From positions 81,284,001 through 81,348,000 of the forward strand of contig CM052816.1 of NCBI GenBank assembly GCA_028534125.1: 64,000 nt of DNA, written 5' to 3'. The translations under genes and the position numbers were made by a program. Position 1 is the first letter of the stretch, and each line of letters starts with the position of its first letter. This DNA comes from Lama glama (Eukaryota). The notes beneath the pieces were generated by a model that saw only the letters and a program-made list of their open reading frames with translations, did no database searches and had not been told where the DNA came from. Positions 28,078 to 40,569 of the stretch are shown in pieces.

Positions 28078-28169
28078 AACTTAAGTAAATTGCTTTCTCA
28101 AAGGGGAGATTCTCTTTTCCCCTCCTGAGATGGTCTGATTTCACAGTAGGGAATTCACTGGAGGAGAGT

Positions 28170-28605
28170 CGGAGTGGACATAAGTGCCCGCCCACATCCC
28201 GTTGGCGCTCCCCGCTGTGTTCTGAGGGCTGCTTACTGCCAACACCCACCTGGAGACTCTTTTCCGGCCACAGGAGGCTGCTTGGGCTGCACGTGGGGCA
28301 TCCCGAGTGAAGAGGAACAGAGAGTGAGTGAGCATGCGCCTCGCCCTCCTAGCCCCGCAGGAACAGGGATGCTTGCGATGATTCCGAGGCATGGCCACCC
28401 TAGTCCCAGCGCCCCTCAGGAAGGGAGGGAGCTCCAGGTGCCGGGGTGGAGACTTCATGTGATGCTCACTTAATAGTTCTCTTCCTCTGCCCGCTTCACT
28501 TCACCATCCCCCAATTGGAGGTTCCTGGAATTACCTCCCAAGTCAACTCCGCACATCCAAATCCTCATCTTCAGGATACTTCTGGGGGAACCCAAAGACA
28601 AGACA
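28170..28605 (+). mobile_element. ERVL LTR (LTR16-like)
   Basis: Characteristic 3' end cacatccaaatcctcatcttcaggatacttctgggggaacccaaagacaagaca. Confidence 0.65.
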
Positions 28606-29057
28606 TTTCTTCAAAATCCAGCACAGATTCAATGAGTGACATGAATGATGACTTATTTACAGTTCAGGAACTACTGTCTCCTCAGTTTGCCTCTGAATCA
28701 GCAAAGAGGGCAAAGGATACATACTAGGTAAGGAAGTAGGTGAGTGGATGACTCGTTAGTTCTTCTCTGAACAGTGTTTTTTTTTTAATTACTTATATTT
28801 TTATTTTCAGAAAAAACGTATTGATAGTTCACTTAAGTATATTTCTCACTAAAACTAAACAACAAAAAAGTGTATTTCTCACTAGTTAAATCACAAGTCA
28901 TTTTATACTTAATTAAATTATTTCCAAAGACAGCCATTTCCCTGTATTGTTTCATTTTCTTAAAAAGCAAAACACTTTATTTTCAGTAGATATGGGAACC
29001 TGCCAGGTTAGAGGCATTTGGAGCTGCAGACTGGTTACCTTTATTTTTAAATTATTG

Positions 29058-29194
29058 TTTTTTTCTTTTTAACTTTTAGAGGGGAGGTAGTTAGGTTTAT
29101 TTATTTATTTTTTAGTGGGGATACTGGGGATTGAGCCCAGGACCTCATGCATACTAAGCAGGCACTCTATCACTGAGCTACACTCCACGCCTCC
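29058..29194 (-). mobile_element. vic-1-like SINE
   Basis: actggggattgagcccaggacctcatgcatactaagcaggcactctatcactgagcta plus tail. Confidence 0.85.
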
Positions 29195-29284
29195 AGACTC
29201 ATTACCTTTTATGCCATTAAGTTGAAGGAGAGGCCTCCTCAGTCTCAAGGACCCACCTCCCACCATGTAAGGAAATTCTTGTGC

Positions 29285-29750
29285 TGTCATTACTTCATGT
29301 TCTTCAAGTCACAGAAAACCTAGGAATGCAGCTTAAACAAGTAGGAAGTTAATTTATCTTTCCTATAGCAGACTGATGGAAGGTTGTTGAGGACTGGTAT
29401 GGCACTCGTATGTTTTGCTTTACTCTGCATGACCTCCATCTCCAAAGTTTCCTCATTCTCCAGAATGACTGCTCACAGTCCAGCCATCTCATCCATGTCC
29501 CAGACAGCAGGGAGGAGAAAATAAGGAAGAAAAGCACACCTTCTCCCTGTAAGTCTCCTTGGCAGATGTTGTACATATTCTCTTCTGCTTCTATCCCAAT
29601 AGCCAGAATCTAGTCTCATGACTCTACCAAGGAGGTCTGAGAAATGTAGTCATTACTCTGGACAATATGTGCCCAACTAAAAATTAGGTGTTCCACTTCT
29701 ATAGAAGGGAAGAACAGACAGTGGGGGGCAACTAACAGTCCCTACCACTC
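29285..29750 (-). mobile_element. Old MaLR LTR (MLT1J-L-like)
   Basis: caagtcacagaaaacc...gcttaaacaag; gccagaatctagtctcatg...ggaggtctgagaaatgtagtc. Confidence 0.55.
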
Positions 29751-30245
29751 CAGCCTCCAAGAGTTTCTTGGGCCCTAGTTTAGCCCAGTAAGGGCAGAAT
29801 AATTCCCATTTGCCCCAGAGAGGCACAGATGTGGCCACAAAGCACTGGTTCTGCTGATGGAGCCCAGCAAACTGGAATGGGGTGGACAGACAACTGCAGA
29901 CCAGATGGATGTCTCAGGAGATGCTAACTTGAACAGATGATGACTGCAGTCCAGATGCCCTCCTCTATCATGGTATATGTAAGCCCCTGTACAGTGCCAT
30001 GGGTGGAACCCAGGAAAGAGAGGACCCAGGTTGGCTTAGATTGTATATCTACTGCCTTAGTGAAATGAGGAGTATGGTGGTCATTAGAGCTATTTATAGA
30101 TATTCTGGTTCTCCTCCTCCTGGGTAGATGGTAGGATTTGCATTTCCCTGCCCCTTTGAAGTTAGCTGTGGTCATGTGATACACTTTGGCCAATGATACA
30201 TGAGCACAGTAAGATGTCTCCTGACTAGGCTGAAGGTTAAAAGCT

Positions 30246-30670
30246 CATGATGGTTCATTTTATGTGTCAACTTGGTTAGGTCACGGAACCCAGTTTTTGG
30301 TCAAACACCACTCTAGATGTTGCTGTGGAAGTGTTTTTTAGATGTGATTAACATTTAAATCAGTAGACTTTGAGTAAAAGAGATTACCCTCCATTATGTG
30401 GGTGGGCCTTATCCAATCAGCTGAAGGCTTTAAGAGAAAATGACTGGGGTCCCCTAGGGAAAAAGGAATTCTGCCTCCAGAATGTCTCTGGACTCATGCT
30501 ATAACATCAATTCTTCCGTGGGTCTCCAGCTTGCCCTGCAGATTTAGGATTTTCCAGCCCCTGCAATTGTGTGAGCCAGTTCCTTAAGGTAAATGTCTCT
30601 GTGTCTGTCTCTCTCTGTACACACACACACTCCATTGGTTTGATTTCTCTGGAGAACCCTGACCAATGTA
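30246..30670 (+). mobile_element. ERVL LTR (MLT2B-like)
   Basis: tgatggttcattttatgtgtcaacttgg...ctctggagaaccctgaccaat; 5-bp TSD aagct / aagcc. Confidence 0.88.
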
Positions 30671-30862
30671 AAGCCTGTGTACAATTTGTCACATTTTCTT
30701 TTTTTTCCCTGGCAAGGTGACCTGGGAAGCACATGAGGAGATGGGGTCTCCAACCTGGATTCTTAAGTGGCAAGAGCTAGTAGAGACCCTCTGCCAACCC
30801 ACAGTGGACAGGTAGCGTAAGCAAGAAAGAGCCTCCTTCGTGTTAAGCCATTGAGATGTGGG

Positions 30863-31343
30863 TACTGCCGTGGATCAAGGCAGGCGGGTACTGCACGCAG
30901 TAAGAGAATCTACCAGAAGCAAAGCAAAGTGAAAGAAAAGTTTATTAGATACACTGCTACAGACAACAGTGGGCAGGCAGACAAGAGTTTTCCCTGCGCC
31001 AAGGGCAGACCTTATAGTCTTTTACAAGGAAGGGCCTGACCATCCATGTGCTTTAGGGAAGGGGGTGTGTTGAAGGTTTCCAGACATTAGTTGATCATTA
31101 TCTTATCTCTAGGAAGAGGTAGGCAGTCTGGTATGCTTGAGAAAAATTTTTGGAGGGAGTTTGTTAGGTCATAACTCAGGGTTGTCAGTTAAGCTAAAAC
31201 AATTACATGTTGGGAGAGGAGTGTTCTTTGTGTTCCTTTAAATTTGTATCTTCCTGACCTGAGTGATCAGGGCGCAGGCAGACATCCTGTGACTGGAGCT
31301 CCTTTGGCTCTCTATGGGGCTCCTTACTTGTCCTCAAACCCCA
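30863..31343 (-). mobile_element. ERV1-class solo LTR
   Basis: 4-bp TSD tggg at 30859-30862 and 31344-31347; reversed polyA signal tttatt at ~30941; ends in ca. Confidence 0.65.
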
Positions 31344-32239
31344 TGGGGACTGTTTGTTGTCACACATAATCTAGTCTATAGACCAGTACAGGAAAGCAAA
31401 ATAGAAATTAAGGTGACACCGAATAATAAGGAAAGCTAAGATCTCCTTCCCTACAATGGGTACTCACTAGTTCTGATTTCTTCTGGCCAGGATTATCCCA
31501 GGGCTCGCCGTCCTTCCAGACCAGAAGCGGTTCTTGGAGTTTTCTCTGCTTAGAATGTCCCTGGAATCAGTGTCCTATTCCCACTCTTCCAGCCGTCATT
31601 TAAGCTTCCCCGGCTCTAAAATTCCTCTTTCTCTCAATTCAATACAAATGTTCCCTTTTCTTCTCGGTGTGAGAGATCACAATTATGCAACAAGAAGTAG
31701 TAAGCAAATTCCCTCCACTGTGTGAATAGAAGCTTCATTTTCCCAAGGGGATTTGCATTTGAAAAGGAGATTTAAAAACAAAACAAAAATCCCACACAAA
31801 TAAAGCAGTACTTGGTGAAATTCCAGGAAGCACGATTAAGGGGGGAGATTTCCTATAGTAAGGGAGGCACTGGGGGACAAGAGGAATTTTTCACAGGTGC
31901 TCTGCAGATGGTACCAATATTGTTGAATTTTATTTCTTGGGATTTCTGAGTGCGCCTGAGTGTCAGAGAATAGGAGTTCCTCAGGGACACTTCAGAGCAA
32001 CTTCCTGTATTGTCCAATCATCCCCATTTCTCCTTCCAAATGCCTCCCAATGACTACCCTAGGCCAGTGCCTGCAGCCTCACAGCCTCTCCTGTCCTTCC
32101 TCAGGCCACTTCACTTTCCACAAGGCAGCAGCTTCCTGGGATGTATGACCTTTACCACAGGGTAAGGTCTTAAATCCAATACAGAAATACCCCTGAGTGC
32201 CACATATTCCTCTCTTACTTCACCCATGAGGCTTACCTC

Positions 32240-32423
32240 CGATCCCAAATATAATGTATATTCATAAGAAACAACTAGGCAACTTGTTTAAAATGCAGAT
32301 TCAGAGATGCAGATTCTGATTCAGCAGGTTGGGATGCAGCCCAGAAAGCTGCGTTTTTACAAGCCTCCTTCCCCAGGTGGTTCAAATGTAGGTGGTGGGC
32401 AGACTACACTTGGAGAAATAGTG
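32240..32423. mobile_element. MER5-family hAT MITE
   Basis: cttgtttaaaatgcagatt...gattctgattcagcaggttggg...cacttggagaaatagtg. Confidence 0.7.
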
Positions 32424-33036
32424 CCAGGGGGAGACAGGGTGAGCTGTTAGCCCAGCCTGCCCTCCTGCATCCCCGGCTCGCTCTTTCCTAGTAAGCTCTG
32501 ACTTTATGTGTTTTTGATGTAGCTGGGCCATCTGCTCACAACCATAAAACAAAACAAACAGACAAAAAAAACCCACAAAAGATGGAATGTTGTTTCTAGG
32601 CGGTTCTGTGCCATTTTTCCCTTTCTGTTTGCAAGGGGATAGGTCTTTTCTGTGATTTAGTCTTTGCTGACAAAAATGAGGACAAATGGTTGCCTCCTCT
32701 CCCACTCAATTTTTGCCATATTTGCAGAGTTAAAAGTTAACACTTAAGAAGGAAGCAACCAGCTCCAGAGCTCTCAAATGAAAGTTGGGATACTGGAGAG
32801 TTAAATGACATTTGTTAATGTGGTGTCTTTATAAACCTGGCTTACAGCCAATAGCCAGAGAGCAGAAACCAATACTCAAAAAGACAGTCCCTTTAGCCAA
32901 CTGAAGGGTTGATTTCTATGGCCTCGAGGAAGAGGCCTAAGAGTCCCCCACACTTGGAAGTAATTATCCCTCCCAACTCCCAACACCACCCCTTGCTGCA
33001 GCCCAGCCCCAAGCCACATCTCTGACCGAAGTGCGT

Positions 33037-33050
33037 GTGCCCCCTGGTGG
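33037..33050 (-). promoter_or_regulatory. CTCF core motif
   Basis: gtgccccctggtgg is the reverse complement of CCACCAGGGGGCAC, in apparently non-repeat DNA. Confidence 0.55.
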
Positions 33051-33724
33051 TTTGAAGATAAACTACAATTTTCCTCGGAAGAAGAAAATCGGGTCCTTGC
33101 GTTTATTTCACCACTCAACACCCACACAGAGCTTTTTCAGGGGCAGATCTTCAGGTGCAGAGTCCTCTTCAAAGGTGTATCAGGACTGACAGGTAAGGAT
33201 ATCATAGCTCTGATGGCATCCTCAGACTTTATTCTACACACCTCAAACAGGTGGGTGCTTTGCTACTTCACAAATGCAGACATTTAGCAACACTTACAAG
33301 CACAGTTCTTGCCTGACCCAGCTCTATCCATGGAACCAGGCCAACCCACCAGTGCAAGTCACAGAAAGCAATCAGTAAAAATCAAGCCCCAGGTTGAATG
33401 TGGGCTCTCTCGTTCCACCAGCACCCACACTTCAATTCCAGGCCTGCCTGCCTGGCCTCTCCCTTCTTTCCAGTGTCTGTTTTTCTAACCATTCACCCCT
33501 CATTATGGACCCCAGAAACTGTTTCCGGAGACAGACCTTGCCTTCACCCCGTGGCCCCTGGCTCCATCTGGTTCGCATGCCCATTCCATCCCCACCACCC
33601 TAATATGCGAAACTCTTGACAACTCCTCATCAAGAAGTGATAGAAGAGGGTCTCTGAACCTCCTAAGTGGCTTCGGGCCTTTAGCCAGACACTCTACACA
33701 CATGCAAGATTCTTTTTATTTTTG

Positions 33725-33823
33725 TTTTCTTGTTTGTTTATTTTTAGAGGAGGTGCTGGGGATTGAACCCAGGACCTTGTGCATGCTAAGCACATGCTCT
33801 ACCGCCTGAGCTATACCCTCCCC
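33725..33823 (-). mobile_element. vic-1-like SINE
   Basis: Head rc of ggggagggtatagctcagg...; TSD tctttttatttttg 33711-33724 / 33824-33837. Confidence 0.9.
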
Positions 33824-35002
33824 TCTTTTTATTTTTGACCATAAGTTATAGTCTATTGTTTTAAAAAATCAAATACAACACACAGAAGCCATTGTTATTA
33901 ATTCAGAGCATGCCCTTCCAGAACTTTCTATATGTATTTACGTATATAAGTATATGTGGACACATATACAGATTCATAAGCCCATGGAGCTTTTTTAAAA
34001 AAACAAATAGGATCCATCTTCTTTTGCAGAGCAATTTTTTAAATTAACAGTAAGGTTTCTTTGATTAACAAATCTCTGTGCTTACATGTGGAGCCATAAA
34101 GCTCTTTTTAACTGCTGTGTTGTATTCCATATTACTGGGAGTTTAGAAAGCCAAAATAATACTCCTTTCTTTCATTCCTAAGTCAGGGCTCAATGGAGAG
34201 AAAAGGAAACGGAGGCAGACAGGTAAAACTTTAAAAAAGAAAACAGACAGAAATCAAAATACCTATGTTATTAACAAGCTGATTGGAAAACATGGCCTAA
34301 GGGCACATCAAGAAGAACTTGCTAATGTTTCACCCCCTGAATGAGTGTAGACTGACTCGTTGGCTCACAGACATCCCTAGACACTCAATGTGTCCACCTG
34401 CTTCAGAGCTTGCCACTGAGCACAGCACAGGCTGGAATGCCCTCAGCACAGGCACCTTGCAAGATGGTAATGAACTGGCTGAGCTAAGGTGCCCAGCCCC
34501 TCTACCAAACTCACCAGCTGGGCAAACCAGTCCTTTTCTAATAGGGATGAATGAGGGGTGAGAAGGATGACAGGAGTGTAATCTAGAATCTAACTGAGGC
34601 CAGGGAAATGGAGATTCCCCTGAACACTTTCTAGCTTTTTGTTCTCGTAATCCTTTCGGCCCCAAATCCACAGGGGCATAACTGTCTCCCCCTTCCCCAC
34701 TGGAGAAGAGATCAGGCAACTATCAAAGCGCTCCTGGTCTCCACCATCATGCTTCCATTCCCTCAACACCAGCTACTTCTCTTTTGTAGATCTGTCTTGT
34801 GAATTGTTTATATTTTGGCCTCAGAAGACTCTAACATGGGTTAGGAAAGTCCGCTGGATATTAACTCCTAGACCTTGATGTTGTGTAAACAAAAGTGTGT
34901 TCCGTATTCTGTTTCTCATCAAAAATATGCCCAATCACATTGGCCAATGAGAATAACCAATGGTTATATAGCAAAAAGGTACTTCTTTCAAAAATGCAAT
35001 AT

Positions 35003-37330
35003 CTAACATAACAAAGGCCACATATTAAAACCCAGATCTAACATCATACTGAATGATGAAAGACTGTAAATTTTTCTCAAAGACCAAGAACAAGATAAGG
35101 ATGCATCCTTTTGCCACTTTTATTCAACATATTGAAAGTCCTAGCCAGAGCAATTAGGCATGCAAAAGAAAAGGCAATCAAATCAGAAAAGAAAAAGTAA
35201 AACTGTCACTATTTGCAGATGACATGATATTATATATAGAAAACCCTAAAGACGCCACCAAAACACTGTTAGAACTAACAAATGAATTCAGTGAAGTTGC
35301 AGGGTATGAAACAGTGCACAAAAATCTGTTGTTTCTTTACACTAAGAAACAACTATCAGAAAGAGAAATTAAGAAAACAATTCCACTTATGATGCATCAA
35401 AAAGAACAAAATACGTAAGAATAAATTTAACCAAGGAGGTGAGACTCAGTACATTAAAAACTATAAGCCATTTATGAAAGAAACTGAAGACACAAATAAA
35501 TGGAAAGATAGTCCATGCTCATGAATTGGAAGAATTACAATTGTTAAAATGTTCATCTATAGATTAAATGCAATCCCTATTAAAATTCCAATGGCATTTT
35601 TCACAGTAGAACAAAGAATCCTAAGATTTATATGGAAATACAAAGGACTCTGAACAGCCAAAGCAAACTTGAGAAAGAAAAAACTGGAGACATCATGTGC
35701 CCTGATTTCAAACTATATTATAAAGCTGTAGTAATCGAAACAGTATGGTATTGACATTAAAAACAGACACATCATTCAATGGAGCAGAATAGAAACTTCA
35801 GAAACAAACCCACATATATTTGGCCAATTAACTTATAGCAAAGGAGCCAAGAATATACAATGAGGAAAGGATGGTCTCTTCAATAAATGATGTTGGTAAA
35901 ACTGGACAGACAAATACAAAACAGTGAAACTAGACCACTGTCTTACACCATACACAAAAATTAACTCAAAATGAATTAAAGACTTAATGATAAGATCTGA
36001 AACCGTAAAACTAGAAGAAAACAGGCTCCTTAATATCATTCTTGGCAATTTTTTTTTTTTTGGATTTGATACCAAAAGTAAGGGCAACAGGAGCAAAAAT
36101 AAACAAGTGGGACTACATCAAGCTTCTGCACTGCAAAGGGAACCTTCAACAAAATGAAAAGTTAACCTACCAAATGGGAGAAAACATTTGCAAATGATAT
36201 GTCTGATAAGGGATTAATATCCAAAATATGTAAAGAATTAAACAACTCAATATCAGAAAACCAAACAATCCAATTAAAAAATGGGCAGGGGACTTAAATA
36301 TACATTTTTCCAAAGAAGACATATGTGCTCAACATCATAATCATCAGGGAAATGCAAATCAAAATCACAATGAGATGTCACCTCACATGTTAGGATGGCT
36401 ATCATCAAAAAGATAAGAAATAACAAGGGTTTGTGAGGATGTGGAGAAAAGGAAACCCTTGTGCACCTTTGATGGGAATGTAAACTGGTAAAGCTACTAT
36501 GGAAAACAGTATGGAGGTCCCTCAAAAAAATTAGAAATAGAACTATTATATGATCCAGCAATGCCACTTCTTGGTATTTACCCAAAGGAAATGAAAATGG
36601 CATATCAAAGAGATATTGGCACTCCCATGTTCATTGCAGCATCCTTCATAATAGCCAGTATATGAAAGCAAAGGAAGTATCCATCAATAGATGAATAGAT
36701 ACAGATATATACAATGGAATATTATTAAGTCATGAGACAGAAAGTAATATTGCCATTTGTAACAACATGGATGGACCTTGAGGGAATTATGCTGAGTAAA
36801 ATAAACCAAACAGAAAAAGACAAATGCTGCAGGGTATCACTTACATGTGGAATGTCAAAAAAAAAAAAGGGAAAAAAAGTTAAATTTATAGAAACAGAGA
36901 GCAGAAACATGGTTGCCAGGAAATAAAGAGAGGTTGGTAATAGGGTACAAACTTTCAACTACAAGAGGAATAAGATCTGAGGCTCCACTGGAATTTGACA
37001 CAACATTATAAAATGACTGTACTCAATAAAAAAATGTAAATAAAAAGATCTGAGGCTCTAATGTAAAACAGGTGACTTTAGTGGAAATATAGTATTGTGT
37101 AATTCATATATAGTATTGTATAAATTGAAATTTGCGAAGAGAGTAGCACATAAATGTTCTCACCAATAAAAGAAAAAGATAAATATATGATAAATATGGA
37201 TGTGTTAACTAACAGGATGGGGAGAATCCTTTCACAACGTATCTGTACATCAAATCACCACAATGTACACTTTAAAGATCTTACAATTTTATGTGTCAAT
37301 TATACCTCTATAAAGTGGAAAATTTTTTTT
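35003..37330 (+). mobile_element. L1, from RT domain to 3' UTR (decayed)
   Basis: Encodes LFADDMILYIENPKD (RT catalytic motif, ~35209-35253) and downstream ORF2 motifs; many frameshifts. Confidence 0.95.
36986..37044 (+). mobile_element. ~60-bp 3'-terminal insertion of a young L1
   Basis: Matches the rc of 45449-45501; perfect 14-bp TSD aagatctgaggctc 36972-36985 / 37045-37058. Confidence 0.85.
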
Positions 37331-38890
37331 AAAACTTACTACAAGGCCACAGTAAACAAAAATAGTATGGCATGGACAAAAAGACAGACTTATAGACCAA
37401 TGGACCAGAATAGAGAGGGCAGAAATAAACCCTAAAATGTATGATTAAGCAGGTTTCAACAAGGACACCAAGATCATTCAATGGAGAAAGAACATCTTTT
37501 CAACAAATGGTTCTGGAAAAATTGGATATCCACATGCAAAGGAATAAAATTACACCCTTACCTAACACCATATACAAAAATTAACTCAAGATGGAACAAT
37601 TGTCTAAATGTAAAGGCAAAACTGTAACACTCTTAGTAGAAAACATAGGGGAAAGGTGTTAGACATTGCATTTGACAACAATTTCTTGGCTATGACACCA
37701 CAAGCACAGGCAACAACAAAACTAAAAATGGATAAGTTAGACTTCATCAAAATTAAAAACATTTGTGCATCAAAGGACACTATCAGCAGAGTGAAAAGAC
37801 AACCTGTGGAATCACAAATCATATATCTGATAAGGGATTAATATTCAGAATATACAAAGAACTCCTACAACTCAACAGCAACAACAAAAACAACCCAATT
37901 AAAAATGGGCAAAGGACTTTGTGATGGTTAAAGTTATGTGTCAACTTGACTGGGCTAAGGGATACCCAAATAGCTGGTAGAATATTATTTCTGGGTGTGT
38001 CTGTGAGGATTTCTTCAGAATAGATTAGCATTCTGGTCAGTAGACTGAGTAACGATCAGCCCTTACCAATGTAGGCTGGAATCATCCAGTTCTTTGAGGG
38101 CTGGGAAGTCTGTCTTCTGCCACCAGACATGAGAGCTCCTGGTCCTCAGGTCTTGAGATCAGACTGAATTACACCACTGGATTTCCTGGTTTTCCAGCTT
38201 GCATATAGCAGATCATGGGATTTCTTGGCCTCCAAAACAGCATGAACCAATTCTAATAATAAATCTCCTCTTATATGTATCAACCTATCTATAAGAGCCT
38301 ATTGGTTTTTTGTCTAGAGAACCTTAACTAACACAGATTTGAATGGAAATTTCTACAAAGAAGATATAATAAAAGACCAATAAGCACATGAAAAGATGCT
38401 CAACATCACTAATCTTTAGGGAAATACAAATCAAAACCACAAAGAGTTACCACCTCACACCCAGTAGGATGGCTATTATAAAAAAAAATTTTTTTTCTAA
38501 ACAGAAAATAAGTGTTGATGAGGATATGGAAAAATTGAGACTCTTGGCATTGCTGGTCAGAATATAAAATGGTGCAGCTGCTATGGAAAACAGCCTGCAT
38601 TTGCTCAAAAAACTAAAAATAGAATTACCGTATGATCCAGCAATTTCATTTCTTGGTATTCCCAAAAGAATGGAAAGCAGGGATTCAAACAGGTATTTAT
38701 ACACCCAAACTCATAGCAGCATAATACATAATAGCCAAAAGGTGAAAACAACTTTAATATCCACTGATGGATGAATGGATACACAAAATTTGACATACAC
38801 ATACAATGGAATATTATTCAGCCTTAAAAAGGAAGGATATTCTGAAATATGCTACAACACAGATGAATCTTGAAGACATTATACTTACAG
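37331..38890 (+). mobile_element. Older L1 ORF2 C-terminal region, split by MLT2
   Basis: aaaacttactacaaggccacagta...; continuity across the LTR: gggcaaaggactt | gatttgaatggaaatttc. Confidence 0.9.
37920..38335 (+). mobile_element. ERVL LTR (MLT2C/D-like)
   Basis: tgtgatggttaaagttatgtgtcaacttgactggg...agaaccttaactaacaca; TSD gactt / gattt. Confidence 0.88.
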
Positions 38891-38941
38891 AGGAGCTCTG
38901 AAGAAATAGGTCTGGAGTAGGGCTGTTGTATTTGCATTTCT

Positions 38942-39278
38942 TTTTTTTTTTTAATTGAAGTGTCAGTTTACAATGTTGTGTCAATTTCTGGTTACAGTAT
39001 AATATTTCAGTCACACATATACATACATATATTTGTTTTCATATTCTTTTTCATTACAGGTTACTACAAGATAAGTATCTCTTGTAGTATTCAATTCCCT
39101 GTGCTATATACAGTATAAACTTATTGTTTATCTACTTTATATATAGTAGTTAGTATCTGCAAATCTCAAACTCCCCACTCTCTTCACCTCCTGGTAACCA
39201 TAAGTTTTTTTCTATGTCTGTGAGTCTGTTTCTGTTTTGTAAATAAGTTCATTTGTCTTTTTTTAGAGTCATGTAAAA
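38942..39278 (-). mobile_element. Truncated lineage-specific L1 inserted in a MER5A remnant (~38900-39345)
   Basis: Poly-T plus antisense L1 3' UTR; perfect 15-bp TSD tgtatttgcatttct 38927-38941 / 39279-39293. Confidence 0.9.
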
Positions 39279-40569
39279 TGTATTTGCATTTCTAACAAGG
39301 TCCCAGTGATGCTCTTGCTTGTCTGGGGACCACAAGTTGAGGCCGCAGCTCGCAGACCTCAACCTTCTCTGAAGGGAATCTCTCTTCATTTTTCTTGTGT
39401 TCTTCCACTGCTCAATCCTAAAACATATTTTTCAAACCTACGCCAGTTCCTCCTTGACTCTCTGACTCCTAGGTACAGGCGCTTTAATCGCCGCCTTTGC
39501 CTTTGGCTTTACAGTAATTTTACTGAGTTGTTTCTCTGCCACAAACTGAGAAATTGGCACTATTGCTTATTAATAAAACACATTTCTGTTTCTTGATCTG
39601 GTGGTGGATGTGGGTAGTGTTCACCTTGTAATCATTCATTGCATCGGTACTCTTAGGATTTGAGCATTTTTTTGCATGCATATTATATTTTAATTTTTTT
39701 AATGTTTATTAAACACCCCTCTCCCCACCACACACACATCCATTCTGTTAAGGAAGCTGTAATTTTTGAGTCTCTAACATTCAAAGCTATGGCCAGAGGT
39801 TATATAATTTGTCAACACGGTGGGCTGTGACTCAACTTGTAGACAAGCCAAATGAATCAGAAAAGTTAGTTTCCTGCTTGGCCCTAAAAGCAGATGTAAA
39901 AAGTGGCCACATTTCAAACCATATTTCAAACAGCCAAGGACAACCCCCGCACATCCCCTGGCTCGGCCCTGCCTACAGCAACAACAAAGCCTGCCACCAA
40001 CTGCCCTGGCCCTGCCAGCAGCATTCTCTCTCCACACGTTCTTTCTGTTCTCAGGGCCATCCTTTTCTATTGCCCAAGGTTCCGGGTGGTTGGGTTTTTA
40101 GAAGGCCGCTATATCATAGTTTTTATTCCCATCCCAAAACAGGACCAACTTAAAAAACAAGCAGCAGATCATAGTGTCCACTTTTTTACTGATAAGCATT
40201 AGCTTGAACATGGATTCAAATCTTTGGCTAAAAGCATTTCAGCCTACATTTAGACAGGGTCAAATTAGATAGACTCCCTCACTCGATCACAACTAGTCCT
40301 AGAGGACTGGAACCTGCCACACTGGAGAACAGGTCAAAATGCAGTGTCCCTGAGAGTCATCAAAAAAGAGAAGAAGGAAAGGACTTAGCTGAGCATGCCC
40401 AGTTCCGTCTCCCAAATTCATTAATCCTAGATATCCCCTCTTCCCGTAGAGACGTGTGAGTAAGGGACAGGGGCGTTACTCGAATTTAATGTCCCCTCAT
40501 TAGAAATATGAAAACAGGGAAAAAAAATGGAGGCTCCCCCAACATATAGTAAGACTTTACCAGAGTTTA

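Larger units (their letters stand above)
30073..31390 (+). mobile_element. MaLR LTR (MLT1I/J-like) split by two younger LTRs
   Basis: 5' part catttccctgcccctttgaagttagctgtggtcatgtgat; middle 30671-30862 (tgttaagccattgagatgtggg); 3' end ggggactgtttgttgtcacacataatctag...cagtaca. Confidence 0.65.

Noticed and set aside
35003..38890. Possible intact or active L1
   Set aside because: Two separate 5'-truncated, frameshifted elements with nested insertions; no ORF1 or endonuclease domain
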